Part shown: positions 15,952-26,551 of the stretch, in pieces | Layout: every line of letters starts with the position of its first letter | How positions within the stretch are numbered: position 1 is the stretch's first letter | Virus record (IMG/VR): IMGVR_UViG_3300050154_000047 | Direction: 5' to 3' (one strand) | Origin: a virus | Length of the DNA: 45,867 bases | Made by a program: the position numbers and the translations under genes | Notes under the pieces: generated by a model | Told to the model about the DNA's origin: nothing | The model's database searches: none | Seen by the model: only the letters and a program-made list of their open reading frames with translations

Positions 15952-18779
15952 TGCCAAGAATCAGAGAATACACATCGTCCGTCAACGCTGGCGGAACACT
16001 GAACACCCAAGCCTCTGCGGCGGACTTCGGTTCCGGCGTGGCGCAGGGCGTTATGGACGTGGCGGGAGCGGTTCGCAAGAACGAGATGTTCGCTGCGCAG
16101 GAAGCCGAAAAGCTCAAGCAAGAGCAGGACCGCACCGACATTGCGGATGCCAACGCCAAGGTGTCGGCATTCCAGTTGGAGATGGCCAACCACCTGCGGG
16201 AGTCGCAAGACACCGCAGCCCCTGGCGCGTCCGGTTTCTCCAACGGCTACCTGTCCACCTACGACGAGCGTGGCAAAGGGGTGCTGGACTCCATCACCAA
16301 CCCGCGTGCACGCCAGCAAGCGCAAGCCCACATCGACTCGTTCAAGACGCAGACCGGCGCCCGAGCCTTTGACTTTGAGCGCGATCAGCAGACAGCGTTC
16401 CGCGTCAACAAGACCGTGGAAGCCGTTGGCAATTCTGCCAAGCTGGTGAACAGCGACGACACCCAGTACGGCTCACAGGTTGAACAGACCTACGCCAACA
16501 TTGATGAAGCCGGACTGGCACCGGACAAGCGCGACAAGCTGAAGAACGACGCCAAGCGTGCACTGGCCACGTCCACCATGGAAGGTCTGCGGGCACGCGA
16601 CCCGATTGGACTGGCACAGAAGCTGCTGCCCGATCTGGTTAAGAGCGCATACGCGCCGGAAGCCACGGCGCCCACGGCTACTGCGCCCACCGTCAACATG
16701 GCGATACTAGAGCCGAAACAGGCCGAGCGACTGTCCCGCGTGAAGCTGGATGCTACTCACACGTCCGCCATTGAAGCGGCATCCGGTGGCGATGCGGCCA
16801 AAGCCCAGTTCTTGACTGCCGTTGTCACCATCGAGAATCGGGGCAAGAACGCACCAGACAGCAACGCGGTGTCTCCCGCTGGCGCCAAGGGTGCCTTTCA
16901 GTTCATGCCCGGAACCGCGCAGGGTTACGGCTTGGCCAACCCCACGGACTTCGCTGCATCGGCGCAGGCCGCAGGCAAGTATTACGACGACTTAAAACGC
17001 AGGTACAACGGCAACGTCATGGCCATGATGGCCGAGTACAACGGCGGCGTGAAGGCTGCGCAAGCAGTGCTGGCCGGTGGTCAGCCTACCGCGCAGGAAA
17101 CCCGCGACTACCTCAAGATGGCGCAAGCCTTGGGCGTGGGTAGCGAGACTGCACAAGCACCCGTGCTGCGCGACACGCAGGGCCAAGTCATTCCCCAGAT
17201 CAAAGTCCCCAAGGATGCCGCACTCCAGCCCCCGCAGGGCGTAGACATTCAGGCGTGGAACGATTTGTCTTTGGACGATCAGCAGAAGTTCATGGCCGGA
17301 CTTATCTCCGACTTTAACTCCAAGGTGGCTGTTGACCGGTCGGTGATGAACGACGACCGCAAGAACATGCACGCCAACTTCTTGGCCGGCAACAAGTACG
17401 ACAACGAAGTGCAGTTGCAGGCGAAGTACGCAGCGGTGTACGGACCCGAAGTTGCACAGCGCATGGTCAAAGAGGACCTGAACGCCAAGGCCACCGGCAT
17501 GTTTACCAAGGGCATCCGCGGCAAGTCGATGGAGGAAATCGGCGGGATGCTTGGGCCAGCCCCGGGCTCCAACTCCACGCAGGACGACTACGAGACCCGC
17601 GCCCGCATGGAAGCAGCGGTCAAGGCCGACCGTGAAGAACTGCGCAAAACACCCAACGAGTACGTGGATCGCTACTCCACCGTGGTGCAGGGCGCAGCAC
17701 GCGAAGTGGCCGCAGCACAAGCAGAGTTGCAAAAACGCAACACTCCTGATGCGCTTGATAGAGTCGCTACTGCGACACAGAAGTACATCACCTCGTCGCT
17801 GGCAGAGCAGCGCCGGTTGGGTGTGCCCAATCCGCAGATTCTGTCTGAGCCTCAAGAGAAGGCGTTGGTCGCCAAGATCGAGTCCACGCTGGCGAGTGGC
17901 CAAGACGTAGCAGCCAACATTGACATGCTTTACAAGCAGTACGGCAGCTACGGCACTACGGTTGCCGCGCAGTTGGCGCCCAAAGTCGGAGGCTTGGTCA
18001 ACGTGTTGGGTTCTGGCATTGACCAGCAATCAGCCACGCTGCTGGTGGAAGCCCACCGCAACAAGGACGAACTGAAGAAAACCCTGGGCGACAAGACCAA
18101 GGACTTGGATGTCACCGTGGGTGCGGCGATGCGTGAGTTCTCCGCTTCGTTGGCGGGAATCCCCAACGGCACCAGCGTGCAGGCCAACTACCAAGAGCAG
18201 ATCGGCACGTTGGCAATGGCCCGCATGAGCAAGCTGGGCGAGAGCCAAACCGAAGCCGTGAAGAAAGCCTACGAGTCCTTGGTGTCCAACAAATACACCA
18301 TGCAGGACGGATACCGCGTCCCCAAGGAAGTGGATGCCAAGGTGGTGAAAGAAGCCACACGGCTGCAACTGCTGAACCTCGGGCCGAACGATGTGGCGCT
18401 GATGGCATCCAGTGCACTGGGCAATCCCAAGGATCGCATGGATGCGCAGTTGGCATCCATACGCACCAACGCCAAGTGGGTAACTACCGCGCAGAAAGAT
18501 GCCGAAGGTAAATCGGTTGAGGGTCTGACCTTGATGCTGCCGACAGCCGGTGGCTGGACAGCCGTGGCGGCAGCTAACGGCCAGCCGCTGTTCCGGTCGT
18601 TTGGCGAACTGGTGCTGGACTACCAGAGCCGAGGGATCACTACATCGCAGGATGCGTTGCAGCGCGGCGACATGCGGACTTACGAACGGCTGCGCACGCA
18701 GGAACGCGCCGCGCAGCGCAAAGCCGAAGATCAACGTGTCCGCGACATGGGCGTGGACTTCAGGAACCAGCCTAAATGA
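15951..18779 (+). CDS. internal virion protein with lytic transglycosylase (SLT) domain
   Basis: 942 aa. ...TIENRGKN...AGAKGAFQFMPGTAQGYGL...AEYNGG is a recognisable SLT-type motif set. Confidence 0.8.
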   Translation: MPRIREYTSSVNAGGTLNTQASAADFGSGVAQGVMDVAGAVRKNEMFAAQEAEKLKQEQDRTDIADANAKVSAFQLEMANHLRESQDTAAPGASGFSNGYLSTYDERGKGVLDSITNPRARQQAQAHIDSFKTQTGARAFDFERDQQTAFRVNKTVEAVGNSAKLVNSDDTQYGSQVEQTYANIDEAGLAPDKRDKLKNDAKRALATSTMEGLRARDPIGLAQKLLPDLVKSAYAPEATAPTATAPTVNMAILEPKQAERLSRVKLDATHTSAIEAASGGDAAKAQFLTAVVTIENRGKNAPDSNAVSPAGAKGAFQFMPGTAQGYGLANPTDFAASAQAAGKYYDDLKRRYNGNVMAMMAEYNGGVKAAQAVLAGGQPTAQETRDYLKMAQALGVGSETAQAPVLRDTQGQVIPQIKVPKDAALQPPQGVDIQAWNDLSLDDQQKFMAGLISDFNSKVAVDRSVMNDDRKNMHANFLAGNKYDNEVQLQAKYAAVYGPEVAQRMVKEDLNAKATGMFTKGIRGKSMEEIGGMLGPAPGSNSTQDDYETRARMEAAVKADREELRKTPNEYVDRYSTVVQGAAREVAAAQAELQKRNTPDALDRVATATQKYITSSLAEQRRLGVPNPQILSEPQEKALVAKIESTLASGQDVAANIDMLYKQYGSYGTTVAAQLAPKVGGLVNVLGSGIDQQSATLLVEAHRNKDELKKTLGDKTKDLDVTVGAAMREFSASLAGIPNGTSVQANYQEQIGTLAMARMSKLGESQTEAVKKAYESLVSNKYTMQDGYRVPKEVDAKVVKEATRLQLLNLGPNDVALMASSALGNPKDRMDAQLASIRTNAKWVTTAQKDAEGKSVEGLTLMLPTAGGWTAVAAANGQPLFRSFGELVLDYQSRGITTSQDALQRGDMRTYERLRTQERAAQRKAEDQRVRDMGVDFRNQPK

Positions 18780-20347
18780 TTTTCACCGACGCACCGGAAG
18801 TACAGCGTGGCGTGACGCTGGAGGACTTGCCAGGTTCCTTTGGCAGCGCCTTGGGCGCCAGCGCCAGCCAAGCTCTGTACAACAGCCCCACCGCGCAGCT
18901 CTACCGGACCTACGAGGATTCGCAAGCCGGTGGGAAAACGCTGGATTACGAGACAGCACGCACCCGAGCCAAGGATGCGGGCGTGGACATACGCATCGAC
19001 CCCAAAGGCATCGGGGAGGACGCGCTGAACCTGCTGATCGACCGCAAGCGCACGATGGCGAAAGCCAACGATGCGATGGCGCGTGGGCCGCAAGGGTTCT
19101 TGCCAGGCACGGCATACTTCCTGAGCGGCATGGGCGCGTCCCTGCTGGACCCGATCAACGTAGCCAGTTCGTTCATTCCGATTGCGCGACCCCTCGGCAT
19201 GGCCAAGGACATCGCACGCGCAGGCACCTTGGGTGCTGAAGGCGCAGCAGCCACGGCAGCAGGACGCTTCGCCGCCCGGGCGAGAGTGGGCGCCGTGGAA
19301 GGTGCGGGTAGTCAAGCCTTGGTCGAACCGCTGACCGCCTACCGCGCCAGCCAAGAGCAAGAGGACTATGGCATCACCGACACCCTGCTGAACATAGGGT
19401 TCGGTACGGTGCTTGGCTCCGTAGCCCACGGCGGACTCGGCGCACTGGGCGACCGTGCGGTAGCAGCAGAGCGCAGCGCAAACGCCAAAGCACTGATCGA
19501 CGCAGCCAAGACAGCGCCCGACACCGTGGTTGAAACGCCACGGTTCACCCCCGACAGCGCAGCCGCCAAGCTGCAAAACTCCGACATGGCTACGCAGGCC
19601 ACCACCGCCCGCGCAGCTATCGCATCCGAGATGGATGGCCGGATGATGAATCTGGAAGTGTTGGTGCCGGAACAGGCGAAGGTGGCCGAAGGAACCGTGA
19701 CGCCAACGGAGCCACAGAACGTAAACATCCGCGAAATCATTAGCCAGTTCACAAACGCCGAAGGCCGTTTGGACGGTGATGGCGCAGCGGGAGCCATTGT
19801 CGCCAAAGCGCAAGAGGCGCTGGATGCCGGAAGCAAGGTCACGTTGTACGCAGACGGAAAGCCCGTGAACATCGTTTCCATAGACCGGGGAATGATGACC
19901 GATGCAAAAGGCCAGCGGTGGGGAACGCTCACTTTGATGACAGACCCTGAAGGTGCCCGCAACGGTAACAGGCTTGAGGTTTCGCCAGCAGAAAAAGCCG
20001 CCGCTGGACTAGCAGACCCCAACGCACCAAAACCAGACGTTGACCCGTTGAAGGTGCAAGAAGCGGTCAAGACTTCCATGCTTCCCGAGAACGATGTGCA
20101 CTTTGATGCGCAGGCCAAAGCGGAAGTGGACGAAGCTATCGCCACCAAGTCGGCAGATCGTGAACCAGCGGATATTGTCAACGAGTCGCTGCTGGAGATG
20201 CAGACAGAATTGGCTACACTCCAGAAGCAGATGGGGATAGACCCCGAGAAGAACGCCGCGATGCGTGCAGCCGACGAAACCGTGGCTACCGCAGACAAAT
20301 ACACCAAAGCCATTGAGGCATATGCCACCTGCCAGGTACGAACATGA
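18776..20347 (+). CDS. internal virion / ejection protein
   Basis: 523 aa. ATGA-coupled between two internal-protein genes. No motif recognised. Confidence 0.55.
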   Translation: MIFTDAPEVQRGVTLEDLPGSFGSALGASASQALYNSPTAQLYRTYEDSQAGGKTLDYETARTRAKDAGVDIRIDPKGIGEDALNLLIDRKRTMAKANDAMARGPQGFLPGTAYFLSGMGASLLDPINVASSFIPIARPLGMAKDIARAGTLGAEGAAATAAGRFAARARVGAVEGAGSQALVEPLTAYRASQEQEDYGITDTLLNIGFGTVLGSVAHGGLGALGDRAVAAERSANAKALIDAAKTAPDTVVETPRFTPDSAAAKLQNSDMATQATTARAAIASEMDGRMMNLEVLVPEQAKVAEGTVTPTEPQNVNIREIISQFTNAEGRLDGDGAAGAIVAKAQEALDAGSKVTLYADGKPVNIVSIDRGMMTDAKGQRWGTLTLMTDPEGARNGNRLEVSPAEKAAAGLADPNAPKPDVDPLKVQEAVKTSMLPENDVHFDAQAKAEVDEAIATKSADREPADIVNESLLEMQTELATLQKQMGIDPEKNAAMRAADETVATADKYTKAIEAYATCQVRT

Positions 20348-23300
20348 GCGCACAACAGTGTCTTGACATCATCCGCGAAGCCGGTGGCGACCTCACGGAC
20401 AACGAGATCGAACAACTGCTGGACGAGTTGCAGCGTCGCAAAGACCTCAACATGGCCAGCCAGAAGTTTATCGACGCTGAAGAAGCGGCGTTGGCGGCAG
20501 CCCAGCAGATGGGCAAGGACATGAAGTTGGCTGCGGCCATCGCCAAGCGCGAAGCAGCAGACAACGAGGTGAAGTTCCTCAAGGCCGTGTCCATCTTGGA
20601 CAGCCAGTGGAGTGGCGCAGAGGGCGCATCCAAAGGGGAGGGCATCGCTGCGCTGATCTACTCCAGCAACAAGGTGCGTGACAGCGGGCGCCGTTCGGTC
20701 ATGGGCTACCAGACCGGAACGCAGGCCAAGCTGATGGGCGCGTTCATGTCCGACCTGTTGGCTGTCGGCAAGGGTGCAGACGAGATGCTGTCATCCGGCA
20801 CGTTCGATGGAGAACTGTACCGCGCCATTTACGACATCCGACAAGGCAAGACCCCTACCGGCTCCGAGATGGTGCCCGAGTTGGCACAGGTGATCGTCAA
20901 GCACCAAGAGTATTGGCGCAATCTCAAGAACGAGAACGGCGCGTGGATTGGCAAGCTGGACGACTACATCACCAGCCGCAGCCACAATCCCACGCTGATC
21001 CGCAATGCCGGATTCGATGCGTGGAAGGCTGAGATTGAGCAGCACTTGGATTGGGGCCGCACGCTCCAGTCCATGCCGGACAAGAACAAAGACGAGTTCT
21101 TGGCCAACGTCTACAAGGGCTTGGCTTACGGCCACCACCTGAAGTCGGGTGATGACAAGGGCGGGTTCCAAGGCGCAGCCAACTTGGCGAAGAAGCTGTC
21201 CCAAGAACGGGTGCTGCACTTCAAAGGGCCTGAAGCGGAATTTGCCTACGCACAGAAGTTTGCGTCGGGTGGCATGGGCTACCAGATGGCGATGGCGCTG
21301 GAACACACCGCGCAGTCAGTCGGATTGATGAAGGTGCTGGGTGCGAACCCCGGCAGCATGATTGAGCGCCTGATGAAGCATGTCAACGAATCCACCCCGA
21401 TGGGCGTGACCCCCATGGAGCGCCACCAGATCGAGGTTGCGCTGAAGTCGGTGGACGGCACCATGCGTGCACCGGTCAACGATGTGATGGCCCGAGTCAC
21501 CACCTACTCGCTGGCGGTGCAGTCGCTGTCCAAGTTGGGTGGTGCGCTGCTGTCGCAGTTTGGCGACATCGCGCCACGCATGATGGAGTTCAAGCGCCAA
21601 GGCATGAACCCGATGGAGGCCGTGTCCACGCAAGTCGAGGGCTTTGTTGGCGGACTGGGCGGCGAAGCACGGCGCGAAGCCTTGCTGGACATTGCAGGCT
21701 TGACGGACTCTCTGACTGCCGAGATGGCCCGCGCCAATTCGGCAGACCCCATCGGCGGAACGCTCTCCAAAATGAATGATGTGTTCTTCCGCATCACGGG
21801 CCAGCACCGTTGGCAGTTGGGCGCGGAAGGATCGGCGGCAGTGATGATCGCCAAGAACTTGGCGCGGCAGACCGACAAAGAGTTTGCCGGATTGCACGGC
21901 GACCTCCAAGTGCTGCTGCGCCAGCACGGCATTGGCGAAGCCGAATGGAAAGCTATCCGCCAAGGAAGTCAGAAGGCACTGGACGATGCCAGCTACCTGT
22001 CGCCCCAGTCCCCAAAGGACTTGCCGAACGAAGCCCTCCAGCACTTGGTTCAGAACGACATCGACGCACTGCATGAGCGCACCAAGGATGCCATCAACAG
22101 CCTGAACGAAAAGATCAGCAAGGAAGCTGCGTGGCAGGGTGGCCGTCAGACCAAGTTGCAGGAATACAGCGCCAAGCTGGGCGAAGCACTCAACCGGTTC
22201 ATGGGCACCCGCGATGCCAAGTTGGCTGAACGGGCAGACTACGTGGAAGCCACCCGCGAGATGGCGCAGGCCCGACTTGACCGCGCTGCGGCAGAAGCCG
22301 ACATCGCTTCGTACCTCGCTGCCGAGAAGCAGCAGGATGTGGTGAAAGGTTTTCTGGACCGCATGGCGGGTGGCAAAGACCTTGGCCGCGCCCGTGCGGT
22401 AGGCGAGCGCCTTGGCAAAGAGATTGGCAAGAAGCAGCAGATCATCGCGCAAAAAGAAACCGCGCTGCGCAAGCAGACCGGAGCGTTTGAGCGCGAGATT
22501 CTGGCGAAGTACAACGATCTGGACGCCCGCCTTAACGAGAAGGCATCCAGCATGTCTGCCCGTGGTAATGTGGAAGCCCGCATCACCAAGCTGGCGGAAA
22601 TGGAGCAGCGTTGGGCGGAGCAGCTTAACAGCTTCATGGGTACGCGGGAACGACTGACTGCGGAGCAGCAGGCGTTTGCGGACGACCTGAAGGCCACCGT
22701 CGGCTACAAGTTTGAGGTATCCCGCGCAGAGGCAGACAAGGCCATCTCCGACTTGGAACTGGCACGCAAAGAGCGTGCGGCCAAAATGTCTGACCGCGTT
22801 GACCGCAACGTGCAGAAGAACATCCGCGAAAGCGGTAGCCGGGGCCAAGCACTGGGCGAGAAGATCGGGCGTGCAGAACGCCGGATGGTCGAGCTGGAGA
22901 AAAGCCTGCGCGACATGGAGCGCACGTTCGATGCAGAAACCAAAGTCAAGTTCGAGGAACTGACTAAGCGACTGGATGCCCGTTCCAAAGAAATGGACGA
23001 GTTCATGACCGCATCCGTGGAGCGCCAAGCGCGGTACGCTGATCTGGCGAACCAGTGGGAATCGTCCGTGACCAGCAAAGAGAACCGCATCTACGACAAG
23101 ATGCGCGAAGAACTCTCCGACCGGATGCACAACTTCTACTCGGATCGGGTAGGGTTTGCGGCCATCAAGCCGGATGCCAAGACCCGCGCCATGCTGTTGC
23201 ATGGCACGCAGCCAGGCACTTGGCTGGGTTCCGGCTTGCGCTTGGTGACGCAGTTCAAGTCTTTTCCTATCGCGTTTCTCCAGAAGGCGATGGGGTCTGC

Positions 23301-23862
23301 CGTCTACGGATCGGGTTCTGACACATTGGGCCAAGCCGTCCGCAACCCCAAAGCCATGGGCGAAGTGGCTACGCTGGTACTCACGTCCACGGTGCTGGGC
23401 TACATGTCTATGGTAGCCAAGGACTTGGTGAAGGGGCGCGAGCCGCGCGATCCGACCGATCCGCGCACCATGATGGCCGCTCTTCAGCAGGGTGGCGGCA
23501 TGGGTATCTACGGTGACTTCCTATTTGGGGAAGCCAAGTCCCGCACTGGCGGAACCTTGGTGTCCAACTTGGCCGGCCCAACGCTTTCCACCGCCGATGA
23601 CCTGACGGACATCTGGCGCCGCATTCGCAACGGCGATGACGCTGCGGCCAAGACGTTCAACACCGTTTTGTCCAACACCCCCTTCATGAACGTGTTTTAT
23701 CTGCGTCCGGTTTTGGACTACGCGATTCTGCATTCCTTGACCGAAGCGATGAACCCCGGAGCCTTGCGGCGCAGGGAGGCGTTGGTTACCAAAGAGAACG
23801 AACAGGGGTGGCTGCGCCGTCCAAGCGAGAACTTTGCCGATCCGCTTGGCCTGACTCGTTGA
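20344..23862 (+). CDS. large internal virion / DNA ejection protein (gp16-position)
   Basis: 1172 aa with long coiled-coil central part. Assigned by synteny with T7-type ejection proteins. Confidence 0.6.
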   Translation: MSAQQCLDIIREAGGDLTDNEIEQLLDELQRRKDLNMASQKFIDAEEAALAAAQQMGKDMKLAAAIAKREAADNEVKFLKAVSILDSQWSGAEGASKGEGIAALIYSSNKVRDSGRRSVMGYQTGTQAKLMGAFMSDLLAVGKGADEMLSSGTFDGELYRAIYDIRQGKTPTGSEMVPELAQVIVKHQEYWRNLKNENGAWIGKLDDYITSRSHNPTLIRNAGFDAWKAEIEQHLDWGRTLQSMPDKNKDEFLANVYKGLAYGHHLKSGDDKGGFQGAANLAKKLSQERVLHFKGPEAEFAYAQKFASGGMGYQMAMALEHTAQSVGLMKVLGANPGSMIERLMKHVNESTPMGVTPMERHQIEVALKSVDGTMRAPVNDVMARVTTYSLAVQSLSKLGGALLSQFGDIAPRMMEFKRQGMNPMEAVSTQVEGFVGGLGGEARREALLDIAGLTDSLTAEMARANSADPIGGTLSKMNDVFFRITGQHRWQLGAEGSAAVMIAKNLARQTDKEFAGLHGDLQVLLRQHGIGEAEWKAIRQGSQKALDDASYLSPQSPKDLPNEALQHLVQNDIDALHERTKDAINSLNEKISKEAAWQGGRQTKLQEYSAKLGEALNRFMGTRDAKLAERADYVEATREMAQARLDRAAAEADIASYLAAEKQQDVVKGFLDRMAGGKDLGRARAVGERLGKEIGKKQQIIAQKETALRKQTGAFEREILAKYNDLDARLNEKASSMSARGNVEARITKLAEMEQRWAEQLNSFMGTRERLTAEQQAFADDLKATVGYKFEVSRAEADKAISDLELARKERAAKMSDRVDRNVQKNIRESGSRGQALGEKIGRAERRMVELEKSLRDMERTFDAETKVKFEELTKRLDARSKEMDEFMTASVERQARYADLANQWESSVTSKENRIYDKMREELSDRMHNFYSDRVGFAAIKPDAKTRAMLLHGTQPGTWLGSGLRLVTQFKSFPIAFLQKAMGSAVYGSGSDTLGQAVRNPKAMGEVATLVLTSTVLGYMSMVAKDLVKGREPRDPTDPRTMMAALQQGGGMGIYGDFLFGEAKSRTGGTLVSNLAGPTLSTADDLTDIWRRIRNGDDAAAKTFNTVLSNTPFMNVFYLRPVLDYAILHSLTEAMNPGALRRREALVTKENEQGWLRRPSENFADPLGLTR

Positions 23863-23903
23863 GATTTTCACTATTAACTGCGACAATGCGGTAGGAGTTT
23901 CCT

Positions 23904-25073
23904 ATGACTGTAAATTCATCCACCGCAAGACAGCAGTACAACGGCAACGGGGTTACTACCGCGTTCACCGTTCCGTTCCGCTTTCTGGACAACACGCACC
24001 TCCAGGTGATCCGCACATCCGCTGCGGGCGTGGACACCACGTTGGTGCTTTCCACCGACTACACCGTAACAGGCGCGGGTGCGGCCACCGGAACGATCAC
24101 GATGGTGACAGCTCCCGCCAGTGGCGAGAAGCTGACCATCGTGCGCAGTATGCCGTTCAGCCAGCAGATCGACTTGGTGAACGGCGACCCGCTGCCCGCT
24201 GAAACGCTAGAAGCAGGATTGGATGCTCGGGCTATGGAAGCCCAGCAGTTGAAAGATGCGGTGTCAAGGTCTCTGAGTTTGCCGATCAGCTCGTCCGCTT
24301 CTGCCGTGCTGCCAGAAGCCATCCCGCTTGCACTGCTCGGGTGGAACGCAACAGGCGACGCCCTGCAAAGTTTTGCCGGCGCGGCAGGATCGCCTGTATC
24401 CAGTTTCATGGCACCCGCAGTGGCCGCAGCAGACGCAACAGCAGCACAAACGGCTATCGGCGGAACTTCCGTTGGGCGCTCCGTGTTCTCTGCCGCCAAC
24501 GCGGCGGCGGCGCGAACTGCGATTGGCGCCATAGACGGAACTACCACGGTAAACCTTACGGGTGCACAGACTGTGGCAGGGGTGAAAACTTTTAGCAGTC
24601 AGCCGCTTCTGCCGCAAGCCCCCGTGCTTGGCACTTCAGTTGCCGCCACTAGCGGCACCGCCATTGATTTCACGGGCATCCCTTCGTGGGCGCGGCGCGT
24701 CAATGTCATGTTTAACGCAGTCTCCACAAGCGGGACTAGCTACCTCATGGTGCGCGGTGGTGCTGGCTCTGTAGATGCGACAGGCTACGCAGTACAAGCC
24801 AGTATTGGCACAACGGTTTACACCGAAACAACTGGATTTATCGCCTATCCAGGAGCAGTTGCAGCCGCAACCACCACGGGCGTGCTGGTTCTAACACTGT
24901 TCAGCGGGAACACTTGGGTTTGCTCATCGGCGCTGTGTCCCACCACTACCACGGCTTCAGCGGTAGGCGTTGGCACCAAGACATTCTCTGGCGCTCTTGA
25001 TCGCATCCGGATTACTGCACTCAACGGTACAGACACCTTTGATGCTGGTTTCGTCAACATAGCCTATGAGTAG
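23904..25073 (+). CDS. tail fibre protein
   Basis: 389 aa. The N-terminus MTVNSSTARQQYNGNGVTTAFTVPFRFLDNTHLQV is the common podovirus tail-fibre N-terminal pattern. It follows the ejection proteins. Confidence 0.7.
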   Translation: MTVNSSTARQQYNGNGVTTAFTVPFRFLDNTHLQVIRTSAAGVDTTLVLSTDYTVTGAGAATGTITMVTAPASGEKLTIVRSMPFSQQIDLVNGDPLPAETLEAGLDARAMEAQQLKDAVSRSLSLPISSSASAVLPEAIPLALLGWNATGDALQSFAGAAGSPVSSFMAPAVAAADATAAQTAIGGTSVGRSVFSAANAAAARTAIGAIDGTTTVNLTGAQTVAGVKTFSSQPLLPQAPVLGTSVAATSGTAIDFTGIPSWARRVNVMFNAVSTSGTSYLMVRGGAGSVDATGYAVQASIGTTVYTETTGFIAYPGAVAAATTTGVLVLTLFSGNTWVCSSALCPTTTTASAVGVGTKTFSGALDRIRITALNGTDTFDAGFVNIAYE

Positions 25074-25076
25074 AAC

Positions 25077-25379
25077 ATGACAGTTCGGCAAATCAACCTC
25101 GAAACCGGCGAAGAAAGCACCCGCGATTACACGCAGGAGGAACTAGATGCGATTGCGTCTATTCCTCAACCCGACCCGAAAGACGCCATACGCGAGCAAA
25201 TCAAGCAGCTAGAGGCCAAGCAGCTAGAGGCCAAGCAGCTCATGCCACGCGCCACTCGGGAGTTCATGCTGACATTCATGGAAATGAACGCACCGGCTGA
25301 AGTGTTGGCGGTGAATCCCGGCTACCAAGCAGTCAAAGCCTTTGACCTGCAAATCAAAGCGCTGAGGGACCAGTTGTGA
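25077..25379 (+). CDS. hypothetical 100-aa protein downstream of the tail fibre
   Basis: Track ORF. Contains a KQLEA tandem duplication. Confidence 0.55.
   Translation: MTVRQINLETGEESTRDYTQEELDAIASIPQPDPKDAIREQIKQLEAKQLEAKQLMPRATREFMLTFMEMNAPAEVLAVNPGYQAVKAFDLQIKALRDQL
25203..25240 (+). repeat. 15-nt tandem repeat (aagcagctagaggcc x2 plus a partial third copy)
   Basis: Read directly. In frame, encoding KQLEAKQLEAKQL. Confidence 0.9.
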
Positions 25380-25714
25380 TTTTCGCATTCCTTTGGCTCT
25401 TAGGTCCAGCACTTCGCGCAGTAGAAACAGACTATTCCGCTTGGACTTGGCGCGACTGGCTGCGGTGGATGATTACTTTTGGCTGGCTTGACTGGCTGGC
25501 GCTGCTGATCGCGGCACCGCTAGATGTGCTTATCGCGCATACGACATGGGCGCTGGTCTTTGGCTGGCCCAAGCCCCACGAGATGACAGTAAGCCACACG
25601 CTGGAGCGCATTTGCAAAGACAAGAACCACCCGCGATTGGATTTAGCTATCGCCATTGCCAAAGAGATAAACAAAATCTCTCCGAGTGGTCGCCATATAC
25701 GTGCCGTTGGGTAG
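25376..25714 (+). CDS. Trp-rich membrane protein, 112 aa (GTG start)
   Basis: Track ORF. GTGA overlap with the upstream stop. Hydrophobic segments FAFLWLLGPAL and WLDWLALLIAAPLDVLIAHTTWALVFGW. Confidence 0.5.
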   Translation: MIFAFLWLLGPALRAVETDYSAWTWRDWLRWMITFGWLDWLALLIAAPLDVLIAHTTWALVFGWPKPHEMTVSHTLERICKDKNHPRLDLAIAIAKEINKISPSGRHIRAVG

Positions 25715-25741
25715 AATAACAAAATGTAACAGGGAGCCATT

Positions 25742-26116
25742 GTGAATCCACCGGAAAATGACGTGCTCAATTTCATCAAAGACTTTCTGTGGGCGCCCCT
25801 GCTGGCACTCATTGGGTGGGCTTGGCATCGCAACGAGCAGGAACACAAAGCCCTGCGCGATGCTCACGACAAGCTCAAAGACCAGGCTTCCCAAAGCCAC
25901 AGCGTATTGAACGACAAGTTCATGGAACACATCGACGCCCGCGTTGCTGACTCCATCAACTTTGCCAAGGAGAAGGATATGTTGGTGCGCGAGGAAATGG
26001 CGATCCAACGTGGCCACATTGCCAAGCTGTACGACAAGATCGAAGAGCATGCGCGTCGATCAGAAGATCGCCACCACGAATTGCTGAGTGCTATTCACTC
26101 TCGGAGCGTGAAGTGA
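25742..26116 (+). CDS. N-terminally anchored coiled-coil protein, 124 aa (i-spanin-like topology)
   Basis: GTG start after AGGGAG. One N-terminal TM segment (FLWAPLLALIGWAW) followed by a charged helical region. GTGA overlap with the lysozyme start. Confidence 0.5.
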   Translation: MNPPENDVLNFIKDFLWAPLLALIGWAWHRNEQEHKALRDAHDKLKDQASQSHSVLNDKFMEHIDARVADSINFAKEKDMLVREEMAIQRGHIAKLYDKIEEHARRSEDRHHELLSAIHSRSVK

Positions 26117-26550
26117 AAACGTCGCAACGGGGAATCGACCTTATCAAGCAGTCGGAAGGCTGCGAGCTGGAGGCGTACCCCGACCCCGGCACTGGCGCGG
26201 AACCTTGGACGATTGGCTACGGCAGCACCAAGGGCGTTACCAAGGGCATGAAGATCAGCCAAGCCGAAGCAGAGTTTATGCTGGTGCGCGATCTGCTGGC
26301 GTTTGAGGCAGGCGTCACCAACTTGGTGAAAGTGCCAATCACTCAAAACCAATTCGATGCACTGGTGTGCTTCAGCTACAACGTGGGACTGGGCAATCTC
26401 CAGTCGTCCACCCTGCTGAAGATGGTGAACAACCGCGACTTCGCAGGCGCTGCGCAGCAGTTCCAACGGTGGAACAAGGCTGCGGGCAAAGTTCTCAACG
26501 GCTTGACCAAGCGTCGCCTGGCGGAAGCCAAGCTCTTTTCTGGAGACTGA
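26113..26550 (+). CDS. endolysin, GH24 (T4-lysozyme-like) muramidase
   Basis: GIDLIKQSEGCELEAYPDPGTGAEPWTIGYGST carries the E...D...T catalytic spacing. 145 aa. Confidence 0.85.
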   Translation: MKTSQRGIDLIKQSEGCELEAYPDPGTGAEPWTIGYGSTKGVTKGMKISQAEAEFMLVRDLLAFEAGVTNLVKVPITQNQFDALVCFSYNVGLGNLQSSTLLKMVNNRDFAGAAQQFQRWNKAAGKVLNGLTKRRLAEAKLFSGD

Positions 26551-26551
26551 T

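Noticed and set aside
21316-23334. Very long ORFs antisense to confidently assigned genes: 21316..23334 (672 aa), 1555..2337, 3299..4447, 6632..7702, 16992..18029, 18731..19813, 19366..20415, 29036..29761, 33894..34892.
   Set aside because: Their composition is Arg/Gly/His/Cys/Trp-rich and low-complexity, typical of the reverse frames of GC-rich genes. Each lies wholly inside a gene with recognisable motifs or synteny. No RBS or coupling signals are present.
23904-25379. Diversity-generating retroelement, expected because the head genes look BPP-1-like.
   Set aside because: No ORF anywhere in the window shows reverse-transcriptase motifs. I noticed no template/variable repeat pair near the tail-fibre 3' end, and the fibre C-terminus does not look like a C-type-lectin Mtd domain. 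An exhaustive repeat search was not possible by eye.
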